Part shown: positions 25,640 to 40,127 of the stretch, in pieces
Position numbering within the stretch: position 1 is the first letter of the stretch
How the letters are laid out: every line of letters starts with the position of its first letter
Source: Selaginella moellendorffii
Lineage: Eukaryota; Plantae; Lycopodiophyta
Assembly (NCBI RefSeq): GCF_000143415.4
Contig: NW_003314266.1
Span: forward strand, 704,463 to 768,462
Length of the DNA: 64,000 bases
Reading direction: 5' to 3'
Position numbers and translations under genes: made by a program
Notes under the pieces: model-generated
Told to the model about the DNA's origin: nothing
Seen by the model: only the letters and a program-made list of their open reading frames with translations
Databases searched by the model: none

Positions 25640-28230
25640 CAAAATAAAGAACAAGGCAATGTTGAGAATATAAATACTGAAATGGCAAGTTATTAATAAG
25701 TGATGAAAGATTCTCAAACCCATCGTGAAACCTTCGAATCCACAGCTTAATTTTTACTTCATTAAGAGAAGGTAAATCTTGCTCTACATCTTGTGGACAC
25801 TAAATGTCAAGTACAGCAACCGCTAATAGCATAGAATCCTCGTCCAAAAAATCCATAAATTTTTGAGAAATATAAGAAAATGAGCGAAGAGGGAAAAAGA
25901 GCAGCATTAGCATCAACCATAGAATTCTCTGGGCAATGAACAACATCAAAATTATATATCTAAAGTTTTAAAACCCATCAAGTAGTATGACCAATTAATT
26001 TTTTTTTCTTTAATAATGAGTAACTATAACATGATCTCCTTTTAGTAATGTATAAGATATGCATGAAGTTTTTTGAAACCCCAAACTGCTGCTAAACACT
26101 CCTTCTCTATCATGGAATAGTTCACTTCTGCTAGTTGTAATGTACAATTGATATATGCAAGGGGATGGTACTGACCAAACACACTCAAGTTCTCTTGCAT
26201 CAGCATACCTCCAAAATCAATATCAAAAGCATCCATACACAAAATGAAAGGTCAAGAGTAGTTAGGATATATCAAAATTGGAGGAGTCGTCAATAACTCT
26301 TTGAGATCTATAAATGCCCTCTCATAGTCTCTAGATTAGATGAAAGATAATGTTGACAACTTCAACAACCTTTATAATGGTGCAGCACGATTAGAAAGAT
26401 GATCAACAAAACGATTAAGATATTGCACCTTGCCTAGAAAGTGCTGCATATCATTCACACACTTTGGAGTAGGGAACTTTAGAACAGCCATAAGTTTATT
26501 AGAATTAACTTGTAAACCCTTACGAAAAATACAATACCTAAGATAAGTCGTGTTTTTGAACCCAAATACACACTTCGACCACTTCAACTTTAAATTAACT
26601 TTTTGTAGCCGATTCAACACTTTATGAACATCATAGACATATTCCTCCCATATCCCCTCTGAGTGGATCAAGACATTACCGATAAAATTAACAATCACCT
26701 CTAGCATATCACAACCTATCATCTGCTGGAAAGTTGTTGAAGCATTGTTCAAACCAAATAGCATCACCAAGAACTCCTACAAACCAAATAATGTACGAAA
26801 AGCAATTTTAGGAATACCTTTTTTTGTCATTAGTACTTGCCAGTACCTACAAGCAAGATCTAACTTTGTGAACCAATGACTTTTCACCAAAAAATCTAAT
26901 AGATCAGTAGTGTGAGGAAGAGGGTACATATCTAGGATCATCACTTCGTTTAACAAATGATAGTTGATGCAAAAATGAATACTCCTATCAAGTTTTATCA
27001 CAAGATGAGAGTCACACGCCCAAAGACTCTGCAACTTTTAAATAACATCCTTTTCCAACATCTCTTTGATATTTGCATGTAAAACCTTAATCTCTTTAAA
27101 TGACCAATGACAAATAGGAATTTTGATTGGACGAGCATCCCTAATTGAAATGGGATGACATATTGCAATCTTCAAACAATAGGTCAAATTCAAAAAATTG
27201 ACATACTCCTTCATGAGTCAATCAACCGTTGCAACATAAAAACTGTTGGAGGGACTGGAAAAGAGAAGAGAGGAACAAAACCAAAATATAAGGAAGTAAT
27301 GGGGAGACAAAAGTGATGAAAGCAAAGATAAAAACAAAAGGGTAAAGAGGTATAAAAGTGAGAGAAATGGAAAAAATATAAGGAAGTATGAGACAAAAGG
27401 GAGAAGCATACTTGGTATGATTGCATCACAATTAATCCATACTAAAGATGAAGTTAAAAGGTTGACTTGACACCACCTACAATGACTGTAGCTCAAACTC
27501 AAAATCACCTATATACACAACCAGGTCCGCCTCATCCCATGCACATACGTGTGTAGAGCCATTGCCATAAAAAATAAAAATTGGCTCTACCATACAATGC
27601 AAATATAGACAGCAATGTGTGGTAACAAGCTGAGCAATAGAAGATAAATTTGAACTTATATCAACCAACATAGAAAGAATAATAGAAGACTTCTTGTTAT
27701 AGAAATGAATTTGGAAAGCAAACACTAGATGAACTGGTGCTGAGTGAACCCCTTGATGATACTCCCAAAAGAAAAATGAAAGAGTCATTAACTTATTTGC
27801 ACAAGATCACTCTACTATTTGCATGACTTCTCGTTTCCCGGAAATATCTCGATGTCCAGACCTTCCATTGTAGTAGCATCAATAGAACGTTGTTAACACC
27901 AAAGTCTCCACCTAAAAAATGGAGGTCACCAATTTGGAAAACACCAACAATGCTGATAAGTGTGACCAACTTTATTATACGCCCAACAGTGGTAATCATG
28001 GGCACAATTACGTCCTTGTCCTTATTCTTGAACTTGGGCAGCAGCAGCATCAACCTCCATTGGAACGAAACCATTTCCCACATGAAGTGGAGCTGAAAGA
28101 CATGTAGTTGTGCCGAGCGAAGAACATTATCAAGGGTGTTGGAGTAAATGAATACATAAGTCCTACAAGATCTTGACAAAGAGTTAGCCATAACATTCAC
28201 ATCTCCACCAATATGAGTGCATGGAATATA
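25640..28230 (-). pseudogene. Highly decayed Ty3/Gypsy gag-PR-RT-RNase H relic
   Basis: PMEVD plus degenerate zinc knuckle HCWAYNKVGHTYQHC (~27940-28060); LVDISS protease-like; FCINYHLLNEVMILDMYPLP, FGLNNASTTFQ, NYSMIEKECLAAVWG. Confidence 0.75.
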
Positions 28231-30980
28231 AAAAGAGAATACAATATCAATTAGCCTAGAAACCCTAGTTTATATATAGTGGTCCAGATTGAAACTAATT
28301 TGACAGTTACCAAAATCCCACTATACTAATATTAGTATATGGCATGGTAGCTATACACTTAGACCTCACAACTGTTAATTTATAAAATAAGGTTAAATAT
28401 ATATAAATGTATTTAAGAAATTTTAGTTTATAATTTATAAATATAAAACTTAAATCTAAATGAATATTAGAATATGCTAGAACAAGCAAGAAGTAGTTAG
28501 CATAAAACTTAAATCTAAATGAATATTAGAATATGTATAAACAAGCGAGAAGTAGTTAAAAATGGTTATAAAATGATATAATATATAAGTAACACTTAAA
28601 TGTACTAGAAAAGAACTCCCAATCAGTATTGTATAAATTTGCATTAAATTAATCATATATTTTCTTGCCTATAACTGTTTATGCAAAATAGATGAGTAAG
28701 GCTTTTTTTGCTTATACTTGCATTCTTGCCCTTGCCTGCAAAATAATGACAAACAAACAAAGACAAAAACATGAAAAGAGAAGAAGAGAAGAAGATTGAA
28801 AAGAGAAGAGAAGAAGAGAAAAAGATTGAAAAGAGAATAAAAGAGAATTCAGCTTCGACCCCCAAAAGTGTGAGTAAAGATAAGCATATGTCACTCTCTC
28901 AACTCTATTTTGCATAAACAGTAAAAAAAGATGGTTAATTCAATATAAATGCATACAATAGTGAGTGGGGGTTATTTTCCAGCACGTCTAAATGCTATTT
29001 ATATACTATATAATTTTATAACCGTTCTTAATTGTTTCACACTTATCTATGCCGAGTGTTGCCTAGGTTGGGTTTTTCTTCTTTGGATGCCTAAGTTTAA
29101 ACATAACTCCATTTTACTAAAGTTTTTTTCTTTTGCTCTACCTGGGAAGATATACAAGATAAACCATTTATTTCTTCATCACTCCCCCACAACAAAGCTA
29201 CTACCTATCCTCAAGCACTTGGATTCTCTAAATCCTTCTCTAGGTTGCTAAGCTTGGTCTTCATAGTGACAAACTCAATAGTTCGGCATAGATCGTCAAG
29301 TTCCTGACACATAATTTGATTTTCTTGGTTGAGCTTCACAATGCATTGGTCTTGGCGGTTGATGCACTCTGCATTGGTGAATGTGGAAGTCGGGATTGCA
29401 CTCTTGAGATCTTGGATTATGTGGTGCTAATGATTCTGCTCGCCCATGACTCTATCCATTTTCTTGGTGATTGTCTTGAGGTAGTTCAAGACCCGCATAT
29501 AGTATTCATAAATTTCTTTATCTTCTACCAACTGTATTGGCTTATCAACTAGTTGCTTTCCTCCTCCCTTAATGTGTTGAGTGAGCTCCTCCATGAAGCT
29601 TCGGACTACTAGCTCACTTGGCTGATTCGTGGTCTTATGAGTGAAGGTGCAGCTAGCCTTGGCTTTGTAGTGTTGTTGTGGTATCTGCTGCTGCTATGGC
29701 TGCCTCATCTCACTAGACTGATCGACCAAGGTGTGTCACTATTGGATGTATAGGTGGACTAGAGAAGACTAAGTCCATACTCCTCCGATTCACCTAAACC
29801 CACTTTTGTAACCTCATCCTCTTCATCCCATTGAATTTTTTGGCTGCGAACTTCTTGGCCTAAACTCACCTCATTGGATGTGTCTATAGCTAATGGTTTT
29901 GTGGCATCTATAGGCACATCATGTGTCAGACTTTGTGGCCTAAGTTGTGGAATTTCTTTCACAACTTTGGTGTCCATTGTTTGCTTAGTGCTTGTCACTT
30001 TCCCAATCCTCGGAGAGATTTGTATAAGCATTAGAGTTGTCTCTATAGACATAGATGAGTCATAACTCTATTCCTGATCCAGGCATGGGATTTTATCACC
30101 TTACTTACTGCATCCAACTTTTCCCCGACATACTTGGCCACTGAATTCTTGTAGAATGAACTCTGAAGGGTCTTGCAGTTTGGATTTTTGGATCTAGGTA
30201 GCATTTTTTTTTGAGGGGAGAATTTTCCTCACTTAAATTTGTATCATGTGGATTTTAGAAAACTTGTTTTGCATCCATATCCTTCACTATCTCCCTCAAA
30301 GGAGATATTGAAAGTGGTAGCTCAATGGCAAGGATAGGCATGGGATTCTCTTGAGTTGTGTAATGTTTGTAAATGTGCCGCAAAAAGATGAAGACTCCTA
30401 TCTTCCTTTGCCTTCCCTTGCCTACTTGTAAGAAAATATTCTTCATTTCAGCCACAAATCCATTATAGATGAAATGAGTTATGTTTATTTGCTTTCTAAT
30501 TTTGATAGCTTCCAATAGATGAGTTATCTTGATGCTAGCATTTTATGCAACCGTCCTCCCATCAATGATGGCATATAACACCTTAAGCCTAGCATGATAG
30601 TCAAACTTTAAGTAGATGAAGTTGCCTTTCCGTCTGGATGTGTAATTAAGGAGGATGTATTGATTGAGCATGCGATCCTTTTTGCTCATCATGATTATCT
30701 CACCTTTGTTATCTAGGAGAAAAATTTGAGCAAACTGGGTGAGTCTAAAGGGATGGACTCACTCGCAAAAGAGAATGCATACTTTATTGGGTATCACTTC
30801 TACATAAGTTTGATTTTATGCTCAATCGATATTTCTCTTTCGAACAACTCCACATAGGTGAGTAACCCAAAAACATTAAGCCAAAACTTGTTATAGGGAG
30901 AAAGCACAAGCTCCCTAGACAACTTTACTTGGTTATATGTAGCGCACTCTATCTCTCTCCTTTTAAAACAATTGGAAAAG

Positions 30981-33900
30981 TGTTGCGAATGTGACTTCGG
31001 GTATTGAAAGATACTTGTCGACCAGTCCTTACGGACACTCTTTCCTTACTGCTATGACGGCAGGAGATCGGTACAGTTGGATCCCTTTAGTAGCCCCTCT
31101 TGTGCTAGTGGAGTTAACTGGGCATTTCGAGTGTACTTAAACCAGACGAGCATAAGGATGGAATTCTTATGCACTATTAGCTAAGCATACTTAGCCCGGT
31201 AAAGAGTTCCTATCTCGTTTTGTCTTGCACTTGCTAGTGACAAAAACCCTCACGTATTGAGACTAATCCCTCAATATCGCTGGATGATAGCTTACCGTGT
31301 CTACCAAACACCCTCGTTATCACACCCTTTGTGTTGGTCTCATTTCGGTCCTAAATGCTATTTATAGAAAGTGTCTAGATTTGCTCATTTGGCATATCTA
31401 CGAAATGTAGAGATCAGCCCGAACACAATGGTGTTCGTCCCGTGTCCAAATTTGCAATCTAGTGCCATTCCATATTTAGTAAGTTTCGAGCTTCTCCCAG
31501 AGATTAACTCCAGGTACTAAGGGAGGCTTGGGGTGAAAGCCGAAAGCGTGTGTTCCTCAAGGAGGGGCGGGAGGGGGGGGGGGGGGTTCCAAATGTATAG
31601 TAGGGATAGTGGTTGGAATGCATGTTCGACCACCTGAGACATTAGTTTGGCTCCCGCTGGGCTATGTCGCTCTTTGTTCTGTGTCCGGCTTGGGTCTAAG
31701 CCCAAGCTCCACACTGCTCTAGTTGGTGGGGTACCCTCCTCCTCGCGTTAGGCCACCAGTATACCAAAATTGTGCCAGACTCCGTTTGACACCATTTTGC
31801 ATGCAGGTGCTGGATACGAGGAGCTGGTGCTCGTGGGATTGTACCGGACCCTCATTTCATAGCGCAACGGGCTTGGAGTTTGGCTCCAAATTCAGGTGCG
31901 CTACATTTGGTATTAGAGAAATTGTCTCAGCAATTTCTATCCAACTTTTGTTGGATTTTCTGACTCAAGTTGCATACGCAGAGACTTTTCTAGTAGATCC
32001 GAAGTGACCTGTGTAGGATTAGTTGGATTGCACCATTCAGTAAGAACGTTGTATGCATGTTTAGTTACTGATAGAGGCATGCATGCAGCTAGTGGGATGG
32101 TGAAATGGAACCGTGTTGATGATGTTGAAACCTCTAGATGGGCGAATCGAGAGGAGGAAACTCCTGCTAGAGATGCTGTGGAAGAGGCAGAGGTTGAGTC
32201 AAAAGAGGAAGAGTTAAATGCTGCGGCGCTACAGCATACGGCTCAGGAAGTCGAGATCGAGAATTTGCAAAGGGAGATTCGCAAATTGAAGGAGAACAAA
32301 AAAAGGAAGAAAGAAGCTGAGGCAGCTAAACTAGCTAAGCCTAAGCAACTGGACTCCTCAAGTTCTGAGGACGATGAAGTTCTGCAGCCACCCCCAGTTG
32401 CACGAGTTTCAAAGTTCAAGCCTCCGAAACCACCCAATTTCAGAGGCATGGGGGACTATCAGGTTTTGGAAGACTAGGTCTATGATATGGAAAACTATTT
32501 CATAGCGGCAGACGTAGATGATTGTACGAAAGTTGCATGCGCGCAATCCTTTCTCACCAATCATGCCAAAACTTGGTGGCACCAAGTGTGTGCTAAAAAG
32601 GGCAGACTAGAAGTTGGACCAAGATGCGGTCTCGTATCCGTAAGGAATACTTGCCGGATGATCTTGGTCTGAGACTTCACGTGGAGCTGCGGTGGTTAAA
32701 GCAACGAGGGGATCTCATGTATTACGTTAATGCGTTTTCTCAGAAGCGCATTATGATTGCAAATATGAGTGACGAAGATGCTCAGAGTTATTTTCTGGAG
32801 GGTTTAAATTCACTTTCTCGCAATGAGATTTTGAAGTTTAAACCGAAGACGTACCTAGAGTGTAAGGAGGCAACGCAGCAAGTTGCCTTTAGTCACTCGC
32901 TCATGGAACAATATCAGCAACCGTATGCTGGTAACTTAGATACGAATAGGAATTCTAGGAATAAACAAGGTGACCGGAAACAGAGGGTGGAAAGCAGGTT
33001 CCGCCCTGGAGGCTCACAAGCAACGGTTAACAAAGGTGGTGGTGGTTGGAGACCACCAGCAATTTCTTCTGGTCCTAGGCCCTCTGTTCCTCCTCCTGGT
33101 GGGTACAAGCAATAGCAACTTGCAAAACCTGCTCCTAGCAGAATGGGTAGTGTAGGTCATTGCTTCCATTGTGGAGAGTCAAGACATAGGTCCTCAAAAT
33201 GTCCCAACAAGCATAAGACAAAGTCTCGTGTTAATGTCATGAGGGAAGATAGTGGTGGTGAAGCTGAAGGGGTTGACGAGTTGGTCAATGCAAACTATGA
33301 GGAAGAAGAGGTGAGTAACTTTCGTTATTTTCCTCAAGCTTTTCTTGCAGTCAATGCAAACACTGATCTGTTGATGTATCTGGTAGGCTTTGTCCATAGA
33401 CACCGAATCCGAGTGATAATTGACACGGGAGCTACACACAGTGTGATATCCGAAGACTTAGTTAAGTTTTTAGGATTGAATGCTAAGTAAATGTCACCTA
33501 TGCACTTCTGGTTTGTGGAAGGTGGGCAAGTAGCCAGAAATTTTGTAAATGATGTTCGAATAAAAATATCCAAGTGGAAAGAAAAAGTGGACTTGGTAGT
33601 GTTCAAGATACCAGATTTTCAGATGGTGTTTGGTATGGACTTCTTCAACAAATATATAAAAGAAATTTATGGTGCTGGATAAATGTAAGCTCCTGAGTTT
33701 GGACTTCCCGAGAGGTCACCCAGCCCAGTATTATTCAAACCCAAGGACGCTTAACTCCAACTATCCCAAGACCCTTAACCGATTGGAAAAGGGGGTGCAC
33801 TCTTGTTCATGGGCCCTTTCCCTCTATATTTGAACCCCATGGATCGTCTCTTGAGTCGTTCCCTTTGGTTGCTTACAATAAAGTCGTTTCACATTGAAGT

Positions 33901-34326
33901 CTGAAGGACGTCCCGATGTGTCCTTCTAGTTGCAAAAGCGTTCCTCAAAGGATTAGGATGCAAAGTTCCTGACTGCGAGGGCCGCTCAAAAAGCAGCTAA
34001 GAGGGGATATCAGACCTTCTAGGTTTAAGTGATGGAAGCTAAGAGTGTTGGTGACTCAGTTTGAATTGATGATGGGGTTGATCCTGTACCACAGAAGATA
34101 TTGGAGTTGTTGGCGCGAAATCAGGATATCTTCCCGAAGGATTTGCCACCAGAGCTACCTCCTAGCCGTGAGGTTGATCATTGGATTGAGGTTATTCCGG
34201 GTTCTAAACCACCTACGAAAGCTCCATATCGGTTGAACATCAAGGAGATGGCTGAACTCAAGAAGCAACTTACGGAGCTTCTTGACAAAAGTCATATCTG
34301 ACCAAGTGAGTCACCTTATGGAGTGC
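30981..34326 (+). mobile_element. Ty3/Gypsy element B: 5' LTR (~30981-31905), PBS, decayed gag-protease and start of RT; interrupted at 34327
   Basis: ..GCTACA followed by TGGTATTAGAG (PBS). KFKPPKPPNFRG, CFHCGESRHRSSKC, IIDTGATHS, DIFPKDLPPELPPSREVDHWIEVIPGSKP. LTR start is approximate. Confidence 0.85.
33684..33877. mobile_element. 194-bp solo LTR / TRIM-like insertion
   Basis: Termini TGTAAGC...GCTTACA; 5-bp TSD ATAAA (33679-33683, 33878-33882); interrupts element B pol. Confidence 0.85.
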
Positions 34327-37300
34327 TGTTGGGGGAAGGAGGGGTGCTTCCCCCAACGCTCGCTCAAACACAAGAAAGGCTTCACTACTCTCCACCAAAA
34401 TGCCCCCCTTTGCCCTTGTGATGCAAGGGTTTTATACAAGGAAGATGGGGAATATTCTAAGGATCAAAATATACCTTCTCTCTCTCTCTCTCACTCTCCC
34501 AGTGGCCACGCCCTAACATGCGACCACGGTGGATCGCGCTGGCTCGAGACGCGCGAGAACCCTTCGAAGAGTGTAGAGTGTACCTCTACTACTGATGCCA
34601 AGTGCTGGTAGCTGCGTGAAATAATAGAAACTCTAGAAAACAGAGTGGAAAAGAAAGAAAAGAGGTAAGTGTGAAGTTTGGAGATAAGGAGGAAAGTCCG
34701 ATGGGAAACCCTGTAGTCAAACTGGACCTTGAAGTTGAAGAAAAGTGTAGAAAAAGTGTGAAAAGAGGAGGAAAATAGAGGAAAAAGAACATAAGTACCT
34801 AAAGAACTTAACCTGTACCTGGATTTTGGCTCAGAAAAGTGTAATATGCAAATGCAGCCTCTTGATGACTTCCGATATACTCCAAGGATTGGCCGAAATC
34901 AAGAAAGAAAGAGAGGTAGAAGAGGGGATGCATTGCCCAAGGGTGGTAAGTGTGGAAATGATGAAAGATGGAGTGATATGGTGGAGCACTAAGATGGTGG
35001 TGGCACTCTGAAGTGGTAGCCATTGATATCTATTGGACCGTAGAGTAAGCATTGACCACTCGGAGTAGCCGGTAACCGGTAGCCAGGTACCTATAACCTG
35101 TAACCGGTAACCACCTGCTCTCGCTCCTACTCTTACGCCAGCTCTAGCACCGATATGGTGGAGTAATATGGTGGAGCGCTGAGATGGTGGTGGCACTCTG
35201 AGAAGGTGGCTAGTCTAATGTGTTGGACTGAAGAAGTCAGCAGCTGAAAAAGATGTCGTAGTCACTAGGTTGCTGGCAAAGGGAGGTGGCATGTGTGCAC
35301 TGAGTGTTGGAGCAAAAGAAAGTGGCTTTGGCTTCTATGGCCTCGCCTAAAGATCCACCTAGGTGCCTTGAGTGAATAGGTTCACCTGGTTGGAAGAAAG
35401 TTGCTCCAGAAAAGCTAGTGCGTCATCGGCAAATGGTCGTTAGGACATCTCGGAAATGGCACATCCAAATGAGGTCGTGTCTTTTGCTGCTGGTGCATGT
35501 ATGTGCGTCCGTGGTATAGTGTAAATGTGACCTCAAATGGAGATGTGAATGATGGTGAAAGAATGAAAGATGCAAGACAGGCATCTAGAGATAAGTGCGG
35601 GCAACGCTGTTGGAAGTGATTGGTGATGGAATTGTGAGTGTAGATGATATGGAATGAGTGTGGGAAATGTGTAGGGTACAGTAATGATAAAGGAAGGGCC
35701 AAAGAACCTGGAACATAGACCAAGCCAAACGAGGAACCTCCATACAAACGGCAATGCAGCCTGAGCGCGAAATCCAAGGTATGGGCCATAGTCCAATGGA
35801 GAGACACCCTCTGAAAGTAAGAAAAGTAGCCATGAAAGTAAAGTGAAAGAAAGGAAGAAAAAGAAAAAGAAAAAGAAGAGAAAAGGAACGCCTCACCGGA
35901 TGAAGCATTTGAGATGAGAGTGGTTGTGAGCGTGTGGGAGCTCACGTCCATCAGCGTCAACTAGCACATATGCTCCACCTCCAATGTGTCGCTGGACAAA
36001 GTAGGGGCAGGTCCAGCGTGGGGAGAACTTCGAAGGTGGCGTGAACTCCTTGAGTAAAACGAGATCACCATCCTCGAATGGTTCGGCAGACCGCTGGTGA
36101 TCGATGACTAGCTTGGTCTTCTGCTTGCCTCGAAGGAGATGTTCAGTCGTGGATTGTCACTGTTCTTCCAAGGCAAGAACCTCCAAGTCACGTGCATGAA
36201 GCTTGTCTTCATCGCTAAGCTACATCGCTGCTGCGTATCGAAGTGAAAGTGAGAGTGATGGCACCTAAATCTCCACTAGAAGTACGGCCTCTATCCCATA
36301 GACAAGGGAGAATGGGGTGGATATTTTGAAGGATGTCCGAAAGGCCCACAACACCGTAACCAACTGTTCGTGCCAACGCCTTGGGTGATCCTCCACAAGC
36401 TTTGAGATGACTGTCTTTAATATTTTGTTGCTGGACTCTACCTGGCCATTGAACTCTGGATAATAGCTGCTTCTTTTCACATGCTTGACCTGCAGTTGCT
36501 GGAGAAGATGCTGCATCACCTGTCCAAGGAAGCCGCTACCACGATCGGAAACCAAAACAGCAGGAACTCCAAATCGGTAAATGATGTACTCGTAGACAAA
36601 CTTTGCTGTAGACTGTTGATCTGCCTGTCGCAAAGGGGTGGCCTCGACCCATTTTGTGAAATAGTCCGTCGCCACAATGATGTATCGCTTTCCTTTTGAG
36701 CTCGATGGGTTGATCGGGCTAACGAAGTCAAGTCCCCACTAGAAAAAAAGGGACCCGGAGAAGTGATGAGCTGAAAAGGAAGACGTGGAACATGGCTCCG
36801 GGGGTTGAACCGTTGGCACTGCTCACATGCCTTTGCATAGGCCAAGCTGTCTTGGTGAATTCGAGGCCAAAAGTAGCCATGGCGCAAGAGGAGCTGTGCT
36901 GTAACCCGTCCCGAGAAATGCCCCGCACAAGAGTGGAAAGCGCGAAAGAGCTCAGGGACCTCATGTTCCCCCACACACCGCAACAAAACTTCCTGAGAAG
37001 TCCTCCTATAAAGGTGTCCGTCAAGAAGGCAAAACCCCCGTGCTCGGATCTCCAATGCCTTTTGTTGTATTGGTGAGGAATCTGCTGGGAATTGACCTGA
37101 ATCCAGGTACACTGCAACATCCTGTAATGCTGCTAGGATCACAAAGGAGGTAGCTTCAGCAACCAGGAACTCGCTTGGATCCATCACACGCTTCTGCCGC
37201 ATGTGAAAAGTTGGTTGGAACTCTTGGATGGTCACAATCCAAGATAAAGTACGAGGACTATGAACCGGTCGCTGTAAAAGAAAGGTCAGCACATTAAAAT

Positions 37301-37400
37301 AGACATGGAAATGGATACGGGCTCCAGCGAGAAAGTGACGGAATCGCTCCAAGATGTAAACAACAGCCACTACTTCTTTTTCCGCATCCACATATTTCTT

Positions 37401-38315
37401 TTAAGTCTCCTTGAATGAATGTGAGGCATAATATGTTGCATGTGGTGGCTTTCCAAGTTGTGAACATTGGCAAAGGCATACTCCAAAAGCCTCTGTACCC
37501 ATTGTGATATAAATGTCAAAAGGAAGTTGTCGTTCTGGTGGTTGGAGTACCGGGGCCGTGCGGAGTGACTGCTGTAGTGATTCAAAGGCTTGTTGTTGGG
37601 ACTCACCCCAGATAAATGGAACATTGTGTTGTAGCAAAGCTACCAGAGGCCGTGAACGTGTAGCATAGTTGTGGATGAAACGGCGAAAAAAACCCGTTTG
37701 CCCAAGGAAACTGCGAAGCTGCTTCAAGTTGGTTGGTGGGTTCCGATCCAGAATCTCCTGAGCCTTGGCTACCTGGGGTTTGATCCCATCCTGAGAGACA
37801 TCAAAGCCCAGTAACCGGCCTTCGGTTACCCCGAATTTACACTTTGCCGGGTTCAATGAAAACCTGTTGTGTCGGCAGCGAGTGAAAATCTGTTCCAAGT
37901 GCATAAGATGATCCTCAAAGGAGTCCGAGGTCATGCACAGATCATCCATATACACCCTCAAGGTGCCTCCAATCAAGTCGTGAAAGGCGTGGGTCATAAA
38001 GCGCTGAAAAGTAGCTCCGGCATTACACAAGCCGAATGGGAGGACGTTGAAAGCAAAGACGCCCCAAGGTGTCTGGAAGGCCGTAAGATCTCGATGATCC
38101 GGATGAATGAAGATCTGGTTGTACCCTGAAAAGCCATCCATGAAAGAGTAGTACCGGTGGCCAGCCATCTCATCCACAATCGCATCGATAAACGAAGTTG
38201 GAAAGTGATCTTTCGCAGTTGCCTTGTTCAAGTCTCGAAAGTCAACATAGAGGCGGAGTTTTCCATTTGCCTTGCATGCAGGGACGAGATTGGCCACCCA
38301 CTCTGAGCTCTCCAA
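37401..38315 (-). CDS. Reverse transcriptase of Tat-like element (pseudogenised pol)
   Basis: WVANLVP, DFRDLNKA, PFGLCNAGATFQR, VYMDD, KCKFG. Confidence 0.9.
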   Translation of the reverse strand: MESSEWVANLVPACKANGKLRLYVDFRDLNKATAKDHFPTSFIDAIVDEMAGHRYYSFMDGFSGYNQIFIHPDHRDLTAFQTPWGVFAFNVLPFGLCNAGATFQRFMTHAFHDLIGGTLRVYMDDLCMTSDSFEDHLMHLEQIFTRCRHNRFSLNPAKCKFGVTEGRLLGFDVSQDGIKPQVAKAQEILDRNPPTNLKQLRSFLGQTGFFRRFIHNYATRSRPLVALLQHNVPFIWGESQQQAFESLQQSLRTAPVLQPPERQLPFDIYITMGTEAFGVCLCQCSQLGKPPHATYYASHSFKET

Positions 38316-40127
38316 AGACTAAATAAAGCCAGCTGCCAGAAGTCGCTCGATCTCCAACTTCATCTCTGAGTGAGCTGCCGGGTTGAAACGCTGCATTTTT
38401 TGACGGACTGGTTTGAAGCTCTATTTCGTTAAAGTGGGATTTATTCAGTAAAATGGGACTAGGTACAAATTTTCAAGTATTTGAAAATGACGTGAAATTA
38501 TATGTTTTTTGTCCAGGGGCTAGACATATCTGGGGCATGGTGACTAGCGTGGTGACTTTGTGTCCAGACTGAGTCCATCTGGTTGTATAATAAATCTCAT
38601 TGTCAAGGTGAACAAGCCGAATCTGAAGCTAAAGAAGAGCGATGGCATGCGCGCACACACTATTTGTTTGTTCATTGAGCGTGTGGTGAGCTTTCCAAGA
38701 TGAACGTCATTTCTATTAGCCAGACATATAACTTAATGGTGAGAACATTTAGATATTATTCAATGTTATCTTTTTCTAACGAATCTAATTGTGAAGGTGT
38801 AGCAAGAGGCATTGCTAGTCTGGAGAAGTCATTTAACTCATTTGACCCTTAGTGTATTTTCATGAAACTAAATAACATTCATATTATTAAGGAATTTCTC
38901 TAGTACCTTTTTTTTACGACATAGAGGCTTGCATTTCTTTCAAAGGTGATTTAGTAAAAGGCCTGAGGGCACATGCCATTCTATTTCTCAAACTGGTATT
39001 AAGATATACTAGTGCAAAGGGAAAAAGGTATTTGGTGATCAAGTAAATGGCATGAGGGCACACGCCATTATAAGCCTAAGTGCTAGTGGACACCTCCTTT
39101 TTGGTACTCTCAGCGGTACTATCATCCTTCTCCGGGTCAGTTGTTTTGCTTTGGATTGTTGTCTCTGACGTTACTGGGGCGTTCTCGATAGTTGTTAATG
39201 TTGCCGTTTGTTCAGAAAAATGATCACCTGGAGTATAGTACGGGGAGTTTGGAAGACTTATATATTCTACATCTTCACCTATCTCCTTCTCCGTCTCCTT
39301 TTCTGCCTCACTTACAGATTTTGTGCTTGCCATGAGAACGCTCTTCACCCTAAAATATGGAGTTCGTTGTGTTATAAAAGGAAACCAACACACACGCTGC
39401 AAGGGAATGATGGTACATAAAGCACGTAAGCCCACAATATGGGTTTATGTGCCATTAATATGGGCCACACGCCATATTATTAGATTTATGCACGTGTGAT
39501 TGGTAAATGCATATGTCACATCATCTTTGTTTTACCTCACACACTATATCAGGCCTAATGAACCATATCACATGTGCGCACATGCTATATATATGGAGAA
39601 GTATTATGCAAGGATAGAAAAATTCAATGCATGATTGTGGAGAGCAATGGCATGAAGCTACATGCTAAATAACATTTTAGAGAAAGAATTAAAATAAAAA
39701 CATGCAAACAGTACTGAGTGGACCAAGACTTAGAAGTGCACAATTGAATGAGGTATTTCTAATAAATATTTCACTCACCTCATATAGGAATGGCTACCAC
39801 TCTCAAATGGCGTATCGCCTCATGCCATTACCTCGCAATTTGTTATAACAATCTGATGAATTCATATTCGGCTTGTTCACCTTGAACTTTAAGTAAGATT
39901 TGCTAGAACAACTAAGAATTTATACTTGTTATTTGTATCATCTCACCTAGGAATGGCGTAAGGCCACATGCCATCACGTCTCCTCTGATTTAGATTTGGA
40001 TTGTTCACCTTGAAATAAAATACATTAAAAACTTAGTAAAGGAATATTAATGTATCTCACCTTGAACCCGGGTTATGAATGCTCTTGCTGCATCTCTTGC
40101 ATGGTTTGGCAAGGTGATGGTGGCACT

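Noticed and set aside
29200-30950. Fragmented minus-strand ORFs, possibly a retrotransposon accessory ORF
   Set aside because: Too decayed to assign by eye.
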